DNA of 64,000 nucleotides. Origin: a virus. Location of the stretch: the IMG/VR virus record IMGVR_UViG_3300042695_002264, positions 64,001 through 128,000 of that record. One strand, written 5' to 3'. The notes beneath the pieces were generated by a model, which saw only the letters and a list, made by a program, of their open reading frames with translations, was not told where the DNA came from and ran no database searches. Each line of letters opens with the position of its first letter. Positions within the stretch are counted from its first letter, which is position 1. Below, piece after piece: positions 47,427 through 56,798 of the stretch. A program made the translations under genes and the position numbers.

Positions 47427-47812
47427 GTAGTTATTTTTAATCCAGTTTTCTTTTCTAACTTCTTAATTCTTTCTTTTCGTTCTTTTTGAACTACTTCTGG
47501 ATGTTTTGCGCCATGCCTCTTTGCGGAATAGTCTTTATAATATTTTTTTCTAATAGGATCATTAAACCCGCCACGCTTTTCGCTTAATTCCCTAGAATAG
47601 TCCTGAATATCTCCTATGGTGCCTCTCATTTTTCCAGTCTTCTCTATAAAAGAGTTTTCAGAAGAAATATTTGTATCTATAGAGGCATTTGGAGAGTAGT
47701 AAATTCTTCTTAATTTTTTTCCATTGTGATAATATTCATGAACGTCATTCATGCCCTGAACTATATCATGAACTTCGCCACTATCATCATCAATGTAAGA
47801 ATATATTGGCAT
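47423..47812 (-). CDS. FmdB-like ribbon protein lacking Cys
   Basis: MPIYSY....G start and LRRIYYSP; the CxxC pairs are absent. Confidence 0.55.
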   Translation of the reverse strand: MPIYSYIDDDSGEVHDIVQGMNDVHEYYHNGKKLRRIYYSPNASIDTNISSENSFIEKTGKMRGTIGDIQDYSRELSEKRGGFNDPIRKKYYKDYSAKRHGAKHPEVVQKERKERIKKLEKKTGLKITT

Positions 47813-48033
47813 TATTTATAGTCTTTGCTATTTCTTATAATTTCACACTTTGGGGTAACTCTTCTCCAAGAGCCATCTGGCATAATTTTATAAGATCTAT
47901 CAGAGTGTTTAATAAGATTTCCAGAGTTTTCTTTTAAGAAATCATTTCTAGTATGTTCAGCAAGTTTCTGCTTTAACTCCTCTTTATGCTTATTGTATTT
48001 TTGAATTTCTTTATTTTTACTTTTTGATCCCAT
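47812..48033 (-). CDS. Small basic hypothetical protein
   Basis: 73 aa, translationally coupled. Confidence 0.6.
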   Translation of the reverse strand: MGSKSKNKEIQKYNKHKEELKQKLAEHTRNDFLKENSGNLIKHSDRSYKIMPDGSWRRVTPKCEIIRNSKDYK

Positions 48034-48034
48034 A

Positions 48035-49111
48035 TTATTTTATACTTTCTAGTATTTGACTGGTAGTTTTTTCCCAAGTAAATTCTTCTTGGAGTTTTAG
48101 CCCATTTTCATTTACAGGATTAGATTTTACCTTTTCGATTGCTGCATCACATGCGTCAATAAATTCACTTGATGAAAAATCAAAAATATTACCTTGATTA
48201 AATGGCTGACCCTCTCTAAAGAAAATATTATCATATGCTGGAATTTTACCATTTGGAGTTACGCAAACAGAATTTTCTTCGTTCATCCAATCTTTATATC
48301 CATGAGCTTTTAGCCCAACGCAATGCTTTCCAAGAGCAACAGAAGTGAATTCTGGTAACCCCCATGTTTCACCACCAGACATAGCAATTATAATGTGATT
48401 TGCATTTAAAAATTTATTATAATCCGCGTTGTTGGGCATCCATGGCAGAAAATTGATATTAAAATAACTTTTACCCTCTAATGCCTGAGATATCATTGCG
48501 CTTTGATCTTCTGGCTTCAAGAAATTATTAAAAATGGCACAATTTAAATAAACATCATGCCTATTTCCATATTTTTTTGCCCATGCATTTAAAATTTTGA
48601 GGTGATGCTTTCTTTTTTCTAGTTTTCCAGCCAGACCAAAGCATATTCGATTGTCAGGATAGTTAATATTTTCAATTTTAAATGTATTTGAATCAAAACC
48701 AAGGGGTATGGCCTTACAATTAATATCAAAATTAGAAAAAAGATTTGCGTAATGCTTTGATGGGACAAATACCATTTCTTGATTTTTCAAAATATTAAGC
48801 TCACGCGCAGTTGGGCTATCCAACTCATAAAAAGTATAGAGATATTGTTTTTCTGAAACACTTTCTAGACTTCCGGTAATATGCCATAATTTTAGAACAG
48901 GATTCTTTTTAGAATGGGTTTCTTCTGATTTAATAGAGTTTGAAACAATCCAATTCACAAAATCATTTTCTGATTCAAGCATCGAATGATCAGGTTGACC
49001 TATATGAAATATAGATGGGTTTATTTGCTTTTTAAAAATCTCTCTAGCAATATTATTTGAACATTGACCCAAGCTAGTCTGATTGAATGGAAAATTTATA
49101 GCGAATTTCAT
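48035..49111 (-). CDS. GT4 (GT-B) glycosyltransferase
   Basis: VPS, IPLGFD, GKLEKRK, GETWGLPEF, FTWE. Confidence 0.85.
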   Translation of the reverse strand: MKFAINFPFNQTSLGQCSNNIAREIFKKQINPSIFHIGQPDHSMLESENDFVNWIVSNSIKSEETHSKKNPVLKLWHITGSLESVSEKQYLYTFYELDSPTARELNILKNQEMVFVPSKHYANLFSNFDINCKAIPLGFDSNTFKIENINYPDNRICFGLAGKLEKRKHHLKILNAWAKKYGNRHDVYLNCAIFNNFLKPEDQSAMISQALEGKSYFNINFLPWMPNNADYNKFLNANHIIIAMSGGETWGLPEFTSVALGKHCVGLKAHGYKDWMNEENSVCVTPNGKIPAYDNIFFREGQPFNQGNIFDFSSSEFIDACDAAIEKVKSNPVNENGLKLQEEFTWEKTTSQILESIK

Positions 49112-49143
49112 AAACGATAATATTTAAATGATTTGAAAAATCT

Positions 49144-49180
49144 AAAAAATAAAAGCCCAATTTTAGGTTGGGCTCTTATT
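49144..49180 (-). terminator. Intrinsic terminator
   Basis: AGCCCAA-loop-TTGGGCT followed by TTTATTTTT, downstream of 49201. Confidence 0.75.
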
Positions 49181-49200
49181 TGATTTATAGATAGTTAGAA

Positions 49201-49491
49201 TTAAAACGGAATATCGTCTTGATTATCTACCTCTTGAGAACTCTCTGACTGTTGTGGCTTTTTAGCCTTCGATTCAGGTTTAAGATCCTCCGATAGGTCG
49301 GAGAGTGTCAATCGGTAATCAGGCTGGTTTGGCTTTGTCTTATTATTTTTAAAAATAAAAGCAGTATATTCGCCAGAACCAATCTTTACCTTTCCCGAAA
49401 GGAATTGTTTTCCATTTTTTTCTTTTTTCCAGAAGGCACCAACATCTGTTAGATCTGATGCATTATTACTTTTTTGCTTTGTATCGCTCAT
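49201..49491 (-). CDS. DUF736-like OB protein, putative SSB
   Basis: GAFWK..FLSG...N....QPDYR and acidic DDIPF tail. Confidence 0.75.
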   Translation of the reverse strand: MSDTKQKSNNASDLTDVGAFWKKEKNGKQFLSGKVKIGSGEYTAFIFKNNKTKPNQPDYRLTLSDLSEDLKPESKAKKPQQSESSQEVDNQDDIPF

Positions 49492-49496
49492 AGTTT

Positions 49497-50096
49497 TTAT
49501 ACTATATCTAGATTTGATGTAGATTTCAATTTATTTTTCAAAAATGAAATAAATTTGTCATGCCAGTTTACAACTGTCTGTGTAGAAACCCCAAAATGAT
49601 CAGCTATTTCTTTGAAGGTTTTTACTTTATTGCCTTCAGTAAAATATCTCATTTTTATTACTTCCTTTGCTGTTTCGTCTGATGACATGCTGATTATATT
49701 TTTAATATGTGATAGTATATCATTATCTTTTGCCTGATATGAGGCCTCTTCATTAGAGTACTGATCAGCCAAATATTTTAAAACATCGCTGTCCATTGTT
49801 GATTCTTTTTTGTACTGATTGCATGCATTGAGACATGCATAAGTTACAATATTACCAAGCCAAGTTGAAAACTTCGCGCCAAATGATGGATCGAATGTTT
49901 TAGCTGCTTGATAAATAAGCGAATCTTTTTGCTCCTCAACGTCTTTTGCAATAGTTGAAGTGTTATTATGAAAATACTTGTTATATATTTTGTAACATAT
50001 TCCAGAATGCCTATCAATAAGGATTGACAGTGCGTCCTGACTTGCTTGATTCCTTACCATGTCGGCCAGATCGTTATCTTGTAGTTTATTAATCAT
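49497..50096 (-). CDS. Phage sigma70-family sigma factor
   Basis: Region 2 AAKTFDPSFGAKFSTWL; region 4 TFKEIADHFGVSTQTV; start reassigned to ATG at 50096. Confidence 0.88.
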   Translation of the reverse strand: MINKLQDNDLADMVRNQASQDALSILIDRHSGICYKIYNKYFHNNTSTIAKDVEEQKDSLIYQAAKTFDPSFGAKFSTWLGNIVTYACLNACNQYKKESTMDSDVLKYLADQYSNEEASYQAKDNDILSHIKNIISMSSDETAKEVIKMRYFTEGNKVKTFKEIADHFGVSTQTVVNWHDKFISFLKNKLKSTSNLDIV

Positions 50097-50179
50097 AATG
50101 AATTTTATAAAAACGCCTAGCGTTTTTGCGGCCTTTGGCCGCATTTATTTTTTTGTTCTAACATAAATTAATATTTAAC

Positions 50180-50602
50180 ATGTTTTGTTTGAAAAAGCAA
50201 TATATTTTTTTATTATCTGTCATGGATATCTACTCAATACTCCTTATTTCAATAACAATATCAATGATTCTTTACTATGTGTATGAGACGAATGTTTTGT
50301 GGGAATATTTAAATAAAATTTCTGATTTATTAAATTTTAATGGATCTAATAAGATTTTTTGCGGCATACTTTTGGTTAAGGCATATCCTAGCAGTGAAGA
50401 GCCAAACTATTTACAGTTTATTAATAAAATATATAATACTTTTACAACAAGACTACTATCGTGCCCAATATGTTTAGGATTTTGGATATGTCTAATCGCT
50501 GGTGTATTATCTGATATTATTTTAGTGCCAACCTTTGCTTTTATTTCTCTAACAATGTATTACTTTATAAAAATTTTGACAAAACTATCTGCAAAAATAT
50601 AA
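50180..50602 (+). CDS. Membrane protein with CPxC motif (DUF1360-like)
   Basis: Hydrophobic helices; LLSCPICLGFW. Confidence 0.65.
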   Translation: MFCLKKQYIFLLSVMDIYSILLISITISMILYYVYETNVLWEYLNKISDLLNFNGSNKIFCGILLVKAYPSSEEPNYLQFINKIYNTFTTRLLSCPICLGFWICLIAGVLSDIILVPTFAFISLTMYYFIKILTKLSAKI

Positions 50603-50608
50603 TCCCTT

Positions 50609-51100
50609 ATGAAAAGCATATCGTACTATAAACCAAATAGTCAAAACAAAGGTTCTGCTGCTCAATTTCAATTTGGAGCCAAAGAAAATGACTATGGCCT
50701 TTACCTTGGCATTGTTAAGCAATTCGGGTGGAATAGCCAATCGAAGCGCGGATCATTTTCTGAAAACTCAAAAAATCCACTAAAAAATAAAAAAATCAAG
50801 TTCAACAATACAGAGGCATCTGCAATGTGTAGGGTGATAGAATCATCTTCTGAAAAATGGTCAACGGTGCATAAAAGTGAAACTAAAACCACCTCAATAT
50901 CATTCTCTCACTATATCAAGGATGGCATAAAGTTGGGGTATGGCCTTTCTATAAGCGAAAAGGATGGAGAGGCATTCATGATTGGATTCAATAATGATGA
51001 AGGTTATTTACTTAAAGAATTTTTAAAATCATATATTTTATTTACTTTCGATAAAAATAATGTTAATGATAGTGAAAATAAAAAACAATCAAATTTTTAA
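50609..51100 (+). CDS. PC4/Whirly-like ssDNA-binding protein (tentative)
   Basis: Duplicated beta-beta-beta-helix pattern; YKPN...G.A..F. Confidence 0.45.
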   Translation: MKSISYYKPNSQNKGSAAQFQFGAKENDYGLYLGIVKQFGWNSQSKRGSFSENSKNPLKNKKIKFNNTEASAMCRVIESSSEKWSTVHKSETKTTSISFSHYIKDGIKLGYGLSISEKDGEAFMIGFNNDEGYLLKEFLKSYILFTFDKNNVNDSENKKQSNF

Positions 51101-53053
51101 ATGAGAAAAAAGCGAGTACTTTTCCTTACAGACTATGCAGGTGTAAATACTGGATTTGGTAAAAATATAAAATTACTTTTAACGTATTTATATAAAACAA
51201 AAAAATACGAATTATTTCATGCAGCTTGCGGTGTTGGTAGGGATAATCCAGAATTTCAAAAATTTCCTTGGAAAACTATAGGGGTAATACCAAATGATCA
51301 GTCTTTTATTAGCAGAATGCAACAAGATCAGCATTTTGCCAGAATGGCCAGCTATGGAGAGCCAGAAATAGCTAAAATTGTAGAAGAAACAAAACCAGAT
51401 GTTATTTTTGCTATACAAGACAGCTGGGGCGCATTATTCGTAGCAGATAAGCCATTTTTTAAAAAAATTCCGACAGTTTGCTGGATTACATTTGATAGCC
51501 TTCCTCTTCTTCCAGACACCGTTGAAAAAGCCAGCAAGATAGCCAACTATTGGACATGGTCAGATTTTGCAGAAAATGAATTTCATAAACTTGGATTTGA
51601 TCACGTAAAAACTCAATATCCATTAACTAATACGGATAACTTTTATCCGCTTTCAGAAAATGAAGTGCTTACTATAAAGCAGCAGCATGGTATTGAGAAA
51701 GATTGTAAAATATTTGGTTTTGTATTCAGAAATCAATTGAGAAAACTAGTTGGTACATTAATATCTGGATATTCAGAATTTTTAAAGCAAAATCCAGAGA
51801 TGTCTAAAAAAACAAAGCTTTTGCTGCATACGCATTTTGCAGAAGGGTGGGATATTATGAGATTTGCAAAGCAATATGGGGTTCCTGAAGAAAATATTTT
51901 ATGCACCTATATTTGCAAAGAAACTTATAAATACTTCATTCTCCCATACGCTGGGCAAGATATAGAAAATCCAACAACCAAAAGAAAAACATTAATAACC
52001 ACAAATGTCAGTATTGGCGTAACTGATTCGCAATTAAACGAAATATATAATATAATGGATGCCTACCTGCATCCTGCAACATCTGGCGCATGCGAAATAC
52101 CAATTGTTGAGGCTGCATTAGCTGAAAAAATAGTATCTACATGCGACTATTCATTTGGCTGGAATGTTGTAAATCATAATAAGGGGTGTATTCCTATGGA
52201 TTATTCACTTTACAATGAACCTCCAATGGGATCAAGTACTCAGTTTTTAAAATCTCAACCTTATCCATCATCCATATCAAAAATAATGAAAAAAATTTGC
52301 GAAATGAAGAAAGATCGCAAAAAAGAAATGGAAAGACATTCTAGAGAATGGGCATTAAAAAATTATTCAGTTTCTGTAAATGGTGAAAAAATAGAAAATT
52401 TTATAGATTCGCAAAAATTTATCGAAGATGAGCAGGCATGGGTAGACAAAGAAGTTAAAAATATCAATCCAAAAGCACAAATTCAAAATATTGATGATGA
52501 CTTGCAGTGGGTATTGCAGCTTTATAGTAAAATATTAGACACTAATCCTGACCTCAACGATGATGGTGTTAGACATTGGATGATGCAAATTGAAAGAGGA
52601 ATGCCAAGACAAAATATTGAATTATATTTTAGAGATGTTGCTAATAAAGAATTGCAAAAAGAAAATCCACAAACATTGGATGTTTTATTTGACAGTAGCG
52701 ATAAGTTGAATAAATTAAAAAGACTATTAATTGTACAGCCACAAAGTGCTGGAGATATTTTTATAGTAACATCATTACTTGAATCAATCAGGTCAAAATT
52801 TACTAAAGACAAATGGAAGATATATTTTGCATGCGAGCCTAAATTTTTTGAAATCTTAGCTGGTAATGAAAACATAGATAAAATTATCCCATACAATCAA
52901 ATTATGGATAATCAAATAATTATGGAAGGTCATGGAGATCACAATGGTTATGTTGATATTTGCTTAAATCCATACTTTTCAACACAGAAGTTATTAAATT
53001 ATACTCATAACAGTTATAGCATTTCTCAATTCGATCACGAGTTTAAAAAATAA
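51101..53053 (+). CDS. GT4 glycosyltransferase fused to a DUF4214-like helical domain and a GT9 N-terminal domain
   Basis: TGFG, RNQLRK, EIPIVEAA; LYSKILD..PD...GVRHW; QSAGDIFIVTSLL...NENIDKII. Confidence 0.8.
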   Translation: MRKKRVLFLTDYAGVNTGFGKNIKLLLTYLYKTKKYELFHAACGVGRDNPEFQKFPWKTIGVIPNDQSFISRMQQDQHFARMASYGEPEIAKIVEETKPDVIFAIQDSWGALFVADKPFFKKIPTVCWITFDSLPLLPDTVEKASKIANYWTWSDFAENEFHKLGFDHVKTQYPLTNTDNFYPLSENEVLTIKQQHGIEKDCKIFGFVFRNQLRKLVGTLISGYSEFLKQNPEMSKKTKLLLHTHFAEGWDIMRFAKQYGVPEENILCTYICKETYKYFILPYAGQDIENPTTKRKTLITTNVSIGVTDSQLNEIYNIMDAYLHPATSGACEIPIVEAALAEKIVSTCDYSFGWNVVNHNKGCIPMDYSLYNEPPMGSSTQFLKSQPYPSSISKIMKKICEMKKDRKKEMERHSREWALKNYSVSVNGEKIENFIDSQKFIEDEQAWVDKEVKNINPKAQIQNIDDDLQWVLQLYSKILDTNPDLNDDGVRHWMMQIERGMPRQNIELYFRDVANKELQKENPQTLDVLFDSSDKLNKLKRLLIVQPQSAGDIFIVTSLLESIRSKFTKDKWKIYFACEPKFFEILAGNENIDKIIPYNQIMDNQIIMEGHGDHNGYVDICLNPYFSTQKLLNYTHNSYSISQFDHEFKK

Positions 53054-53054
53054 T

Positions 53055-54278
53055 ATGTCACATCTATTAGAAACTTACAGCTTGCAAACTGGAGCAAAGG
53101 CATCAAAGCCTTTTATAATTAAAAACTTTTTCCCAGTACCAAAAAAGTACATAACCATTCACAATTCTAGCGGAATGGGCGCAAAAAATTATGATCATTT
53201 TCAAGATGTAATTGATGAGATTTTAGTGAAGTTAAAAGACAATGGTATTGAAATTGTACAAATTGGTGGAGCAGAAGATCTAGCCCTCAATGGATGCGTT
53301 CATTTACATGGCAGAACAAATTATCACCAAACCGCATATATCATTCAAAATTCACTCCTTCATATTGGAAATGACAGTTTTCCCGTCCATATCGCATCTG
53401 CGGCGGACAGGCCCATTATAGCTCTATATAGTATAACCACGCCAAGTATTGCTGGCCCATGCTTTAATTCAAAAGAAATAAATGACTATAAAGTTTTTTG
53501 CTTTTCTCCAGACTATAAAGGCAAAAAGCCATCCTTTAATCCCAACGAAAGTCCAAAAACAATAAATACAATAAATTTTGAAAATATTATTGAAGCAATT
53601 GAAAAGATATTAAATATCGATACTGGATATAATATAAAAACTATATTCAAAGGGGACAAATATCTTGCAAGAGTTATAGAATTTATTCCAGATACATTGC
53701 TTAGACCAGACTTTGCTGGCGGTAGTTTGATAAACATGAGAGTTGATCTGTGTAACGGCGATATTGATGAAAATTTAATATTTGCAAATTTAAAAAGTAG
53801 GAAGTTTAACATATTTTTAAAAAATTCTAAAAAAATTAAAAATTTGCATATATTGCCTATGTTAAAAGAAAATATTGCTAATATATTCATTGATGTTACT
53901 GATGAGGTGGTAGATATTGAATACATATCATCATTAGTAAATTATGGAATAAAACCAACAATATTATATACTGGAGAAGATGAAGATTATTTTAACGAAA
54001 TTAAAATAAATTTAATAAATTTTAATTTGAATTTTATAAAATACTCTCCACAAAAAATAAAAATAGAGGATATTGTAAAAAATAACAATATTGATAATAT
54101 TATATTCAAAACAAATCGCCTCATTTTAAGTTCTGGAAAATTATACCTTTCCATAGCATCTTACTTAAATGGTCAAAGCTCAAACAGTAATTTTGAAAAA
54201 TTAAACGAAATTAAAAACTACAAAGATCTTGACAAAGAATTAGAATTCTGTTATCTTTATATCAAAGAAGATAAATAA
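53055..54278 (+). CDS. GT9 (heptosyltransferase-like) C-terminal domain protein
   Basis: YITIH, K.Y, IVQIGG, GRT, IGNDSFPVHIASA. Confidence 0.8.
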   Translation: MSHLLETYSLQTGAKASKPFIIKNFFPVPKKYITIHNSSGMGAKNYDHFQDVIDEILVKLKDNGIEIVQIGGAEDLALNGCVHLHGRTNYHQTAYIIQNSLLHIGNDSFPVHIASAADRPIIALYSITTPSIAGPCFNSKEINDYKVFCFSPDYKGKKPSFNPNESPKTINTINFENIIEAIEKILNIDTGYNIKTIFKGDKYLARVIEFIPDTLLRPDFAGGSLINMRVDLCNGDIDENLIFANLKSRKFNIFLKNSKKIKNLHILPMLKENIANIFIDVTDEVVDIEYISSLVNYGIKPTILYTGEDEDYFNEIKINLINFNLNFIKYSPQKIKIEDIVKNNNIDNIIFKTNRLILSSGKLYLSIASYLNGQSSNSNFEKLNEIKNYKDLDKELEFCYLYIKEDK

Positions 54279-54280
54279 TT

Positions 54281-55057
54281 ATGCCTAAAACATCTCAAAA
54301 AACAGAAACAGTCGTAGTCAATTCAGATAGCAATCCTACTGTAGATAGTGATTCGAAAATTTTTTCTAGAAATGAAAGTGGTCTTTTAAATAATACCAAA
54401 TATAAATACAGCGACGATGGAACAATTAACTGGAAATCCATGGTTAAACCAGAATTCTTAGTCCCAAACAAGGATAAATTTACAGCAACAACAGATTTTA
54501 ATTCTATTGACGTAACCCAGCTCGACGACAGTCAGCTTTTAATCCTTCTTGGCGGCATTAAAGATGTTGCTTGCATAAGGGGATTCTCTTCCGTTGATTA
54601 TGATGTTATTACTGCCAGACAGGACTATGTTGCAGTTAAATGTAATATATCTTGGATTGCTAATTATGAAACTGGAATGATACCTGTAAAATTTTCAGCC
54701 TTAGCTGACGCCCATTTCGAGAATACGAGTGGTTTTGGTAATAAGTTTTTAATGGCAATTGCAGAAAATAGAGCGTTTATTCGCGCAGTTCGTAATTTTC
54801 TTAGAATTAATATTGTTGGCCAAGACGAAATCGATCCAAAAAAGAAAAATGAAATTATTGAAGAATCCCAACCAACAAATCCAGCTAGTGTTTTAAACAA
54901 AGTTATGTCTGAGGTGGGCTTGAGTTTTGAAACAATAAAGGCAAAGCTTGTAACTGAAAATGATCAAGATGCGGCTGAATGGAATGCAATTTCAGATATT
55001 CCCAAAAAACGAATATTTGAAATTATAGAGAGAATTAAAAGAAAAAATAAAAACTGA
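54281..55057 (+). CDS. Rad52/Sak-like ssDNA annealing protein (tentative)
   Basis: VAVKC.I, ALADA, MAIAENRAFIRAVR..L.I. Confidence 0.55.
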   Translation: MPKTSQKTETVVVNSDSNPTVDSDSKIFSRNESGLLNNTKYKYSDDGTINWKSMVKPEFLVPNKDKFTATTDFNSIDVTQLDDSQLLILLGGIKDVACIRGFSSVDYDVITARQDYVAVKCNISWIANYETGMIPVKFSALADAHFENTSGFGNKFLMAIAENRAFIRAVRNFLRINIVGQDEIDPKKKNEIIEESQPTNPASVLNKVMSEVGLSFETIKAKLVTENDQDAAEWNAISDIPKKRIFEIIERIKRKNKN

Positions 55058-55061
55058 CAAG

Positions 55062-55625
55062 TTATTCGCCTTCACTTGGCAAATCTGGCGGCTTCGAAAA
55101 CGGTGAAGGCAAGAACATAAAGCCATCACATGATTGAAAAAGTATTAAATCATTTGTTACGTGTCTTTGAATTTTAAATAAAGTATCATTAAATTCAAAA
55201 ATAGAGCCGTCACCATCAAAGCTAGCAAGCGGATAGATACTCAGTATAGGGATCCTTAATGCAACTTGCCCAGACAATGTTTTTGATTGTTCGTCACTAT
55301 ATTCTTGCATAGATGGATAATTTTCCCACCATTGATTGTTATAATTAAAATTTGCAGCAAATGGATTTCCATTATTAAAAAAAACTTCCAACCAAACCTT
55401 CCATAACGAATCGCTTGTAACTGGGATAGCAACATCCTTATTGGATATATTTAGAGTACTATCTGCTGACAAACCAATAAAAATATTAGAATTTGTATTG
55501 ATATTGACAGTATTTAATGTTGAAGAGCATATTGGCGCAAATGGTCCAATTTCAGCCCTTTCTGGATATTTTGTGCTGATCCCTGGCGAACCAAATGGCT
55601 CATTTTTTAATATAAAGTTGCTCAT
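55062..55625 (-). CDS. Hypothetical virion protein
   Basis: End of structural operon, 187 aa. Confidence 0.5.
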   Translation of the reverse strand: MSNFILKNEPFGSPGISTKYPERAEIGPFAPICSSTLNTVNINTNSNIFIGLSADSTLNISNKDVAIPVTSDSLWKVWLEVFFNNGNPFAANFNYNNQWWENYPSMQEYSDEQSKTLSGQVALRIPILSIYPLASFDGDGSIFEFNDTLFKIQRHVTNDLILFQSCDGFMFLPSPFSKPPDLPSEGE

Positions 55626-55631
55626 AATTAA

Positions 55632-56798
55632 TTATACAACATAGGAGTAATATTCCCTAAAAATATTTATATTAGAACCCAAGATCCCTGTTTTATAAAA
55701 ATTATTACCAGAAATAGAATAGAATGCTGAACCAGTAAAGCCTATATTTTGATTTGGTTGTTCTATCTGCTTGTATACTTCGATTTTTTTATTCTGCTCA
55801 AATATATTTGGGCTAACATTCATTTTTCCACTATACAATTCGCCTGTTAGCAAAGCATTTTGCCCATCAATTATAAGAGACCAAGATCCGGTAAATGTAT
55901 CTTGATAGCCATTTTGATTAATATTATTACCTTCATATCCACTAATAAAAATATACGCTTCTGATGTTTCTTTATCAGTATTTTTGAAAGTAAGATCAAA
56001 TATAAAAGATGATCTCAATAATGAATTAGCTTCTGATATGGAAGTTGACGGATTAATACTCAATAATAAATCTTGTGTTGGAGATTTTTTATACCTAGAT
56101 ATAAACAAATTTCTTCCTATAATTCCAGCATTTGTATGTAAAATTAATGGTATATAAGTATCAACAAATGGAAGTCTATCTTGTATTTGTTCGATATTAA
56201 AATTAAAAATTTGATTTTTATCTATTTTAATTCCAGTTTTCCAATCATTTACTCCAGATATTTGAAAATAAAGTGATTGAATATTATTATTAAAATTACT
56301 ATTTCTGCCTATTTCTCCAGAATATAAAATGAATGGGCCATTGTTATTTTTATTTCCAGATATTGTAACTTGCACATTTTCAGTGGAAAAGCCTGAATTT
56401 TCATATATAAAATCTATAATAGGTAATTCCCCATAAAAAAAGGTTTTAGGAAAAAAATCTTTACTATCCCAACTATATCCTGTTGTCCAATTAAATGAGA
56501 ACCCACTGGCTTTTCCAAAATTTCCAGTTTTTGAATAAATGTATTGATCGTTTAAAAATATATTAAAATAATTTTCAGAATAATTTCCTGAAATATTTAC
56601 AATACTTTGCGGCTGAAAAGAATAAATAAAATTATTTTCATCAAAAATTTTTCCACTAACAAAATTTATATTTAAATTTTGATTTGTATTGGTGACAATT
56701 TCAAAATTGCCACTCCAATCATTTTGTTCATTATTCCAAAAAAAATTAAATATACAATTTTTTTGCGGATATATATAGTTTGTAAATCCAGTAATCAT
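55632..56798 (-). CDS. SG/TG-rich virion protein
   Basis: 388 aa, beta-rich, in structural operon. Confidence 0.55.
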   Translation of the reverse strand: MITGFTNYIYPQKNCIFNFFWNNEQNDWSGNFEIVTNTNQNLNINFVSGKIFDENNFIYSFQPQSIVNISGNYSENYFNIFLNDQYIYSKTGNFGKASGFSFNWTTGYSWDSKDFFPKTFFYGELPIIDFIYENSGFSTENVQVTISGNKNNNGPFILYSGEIGRNSNFNNNIQSLYFQISGVNDWKTGIKIDKNQIFNFNIEQIQDRLPFVDTYIPLILHTNAGIIGRNLFISRYKKSPTQDLLLSINPSTSISEANSLLRSSFIFDLTFKNTDKETSEAYIFISGYEGNNINQNGYQDTFTGSWSLIIDGQNALLTGELYSGKMNVSPNIFEQNKKIEVYKQIEQPNQNIGFTGSAFYSISGNNFYKTGILGSNINIFREYYSYVV

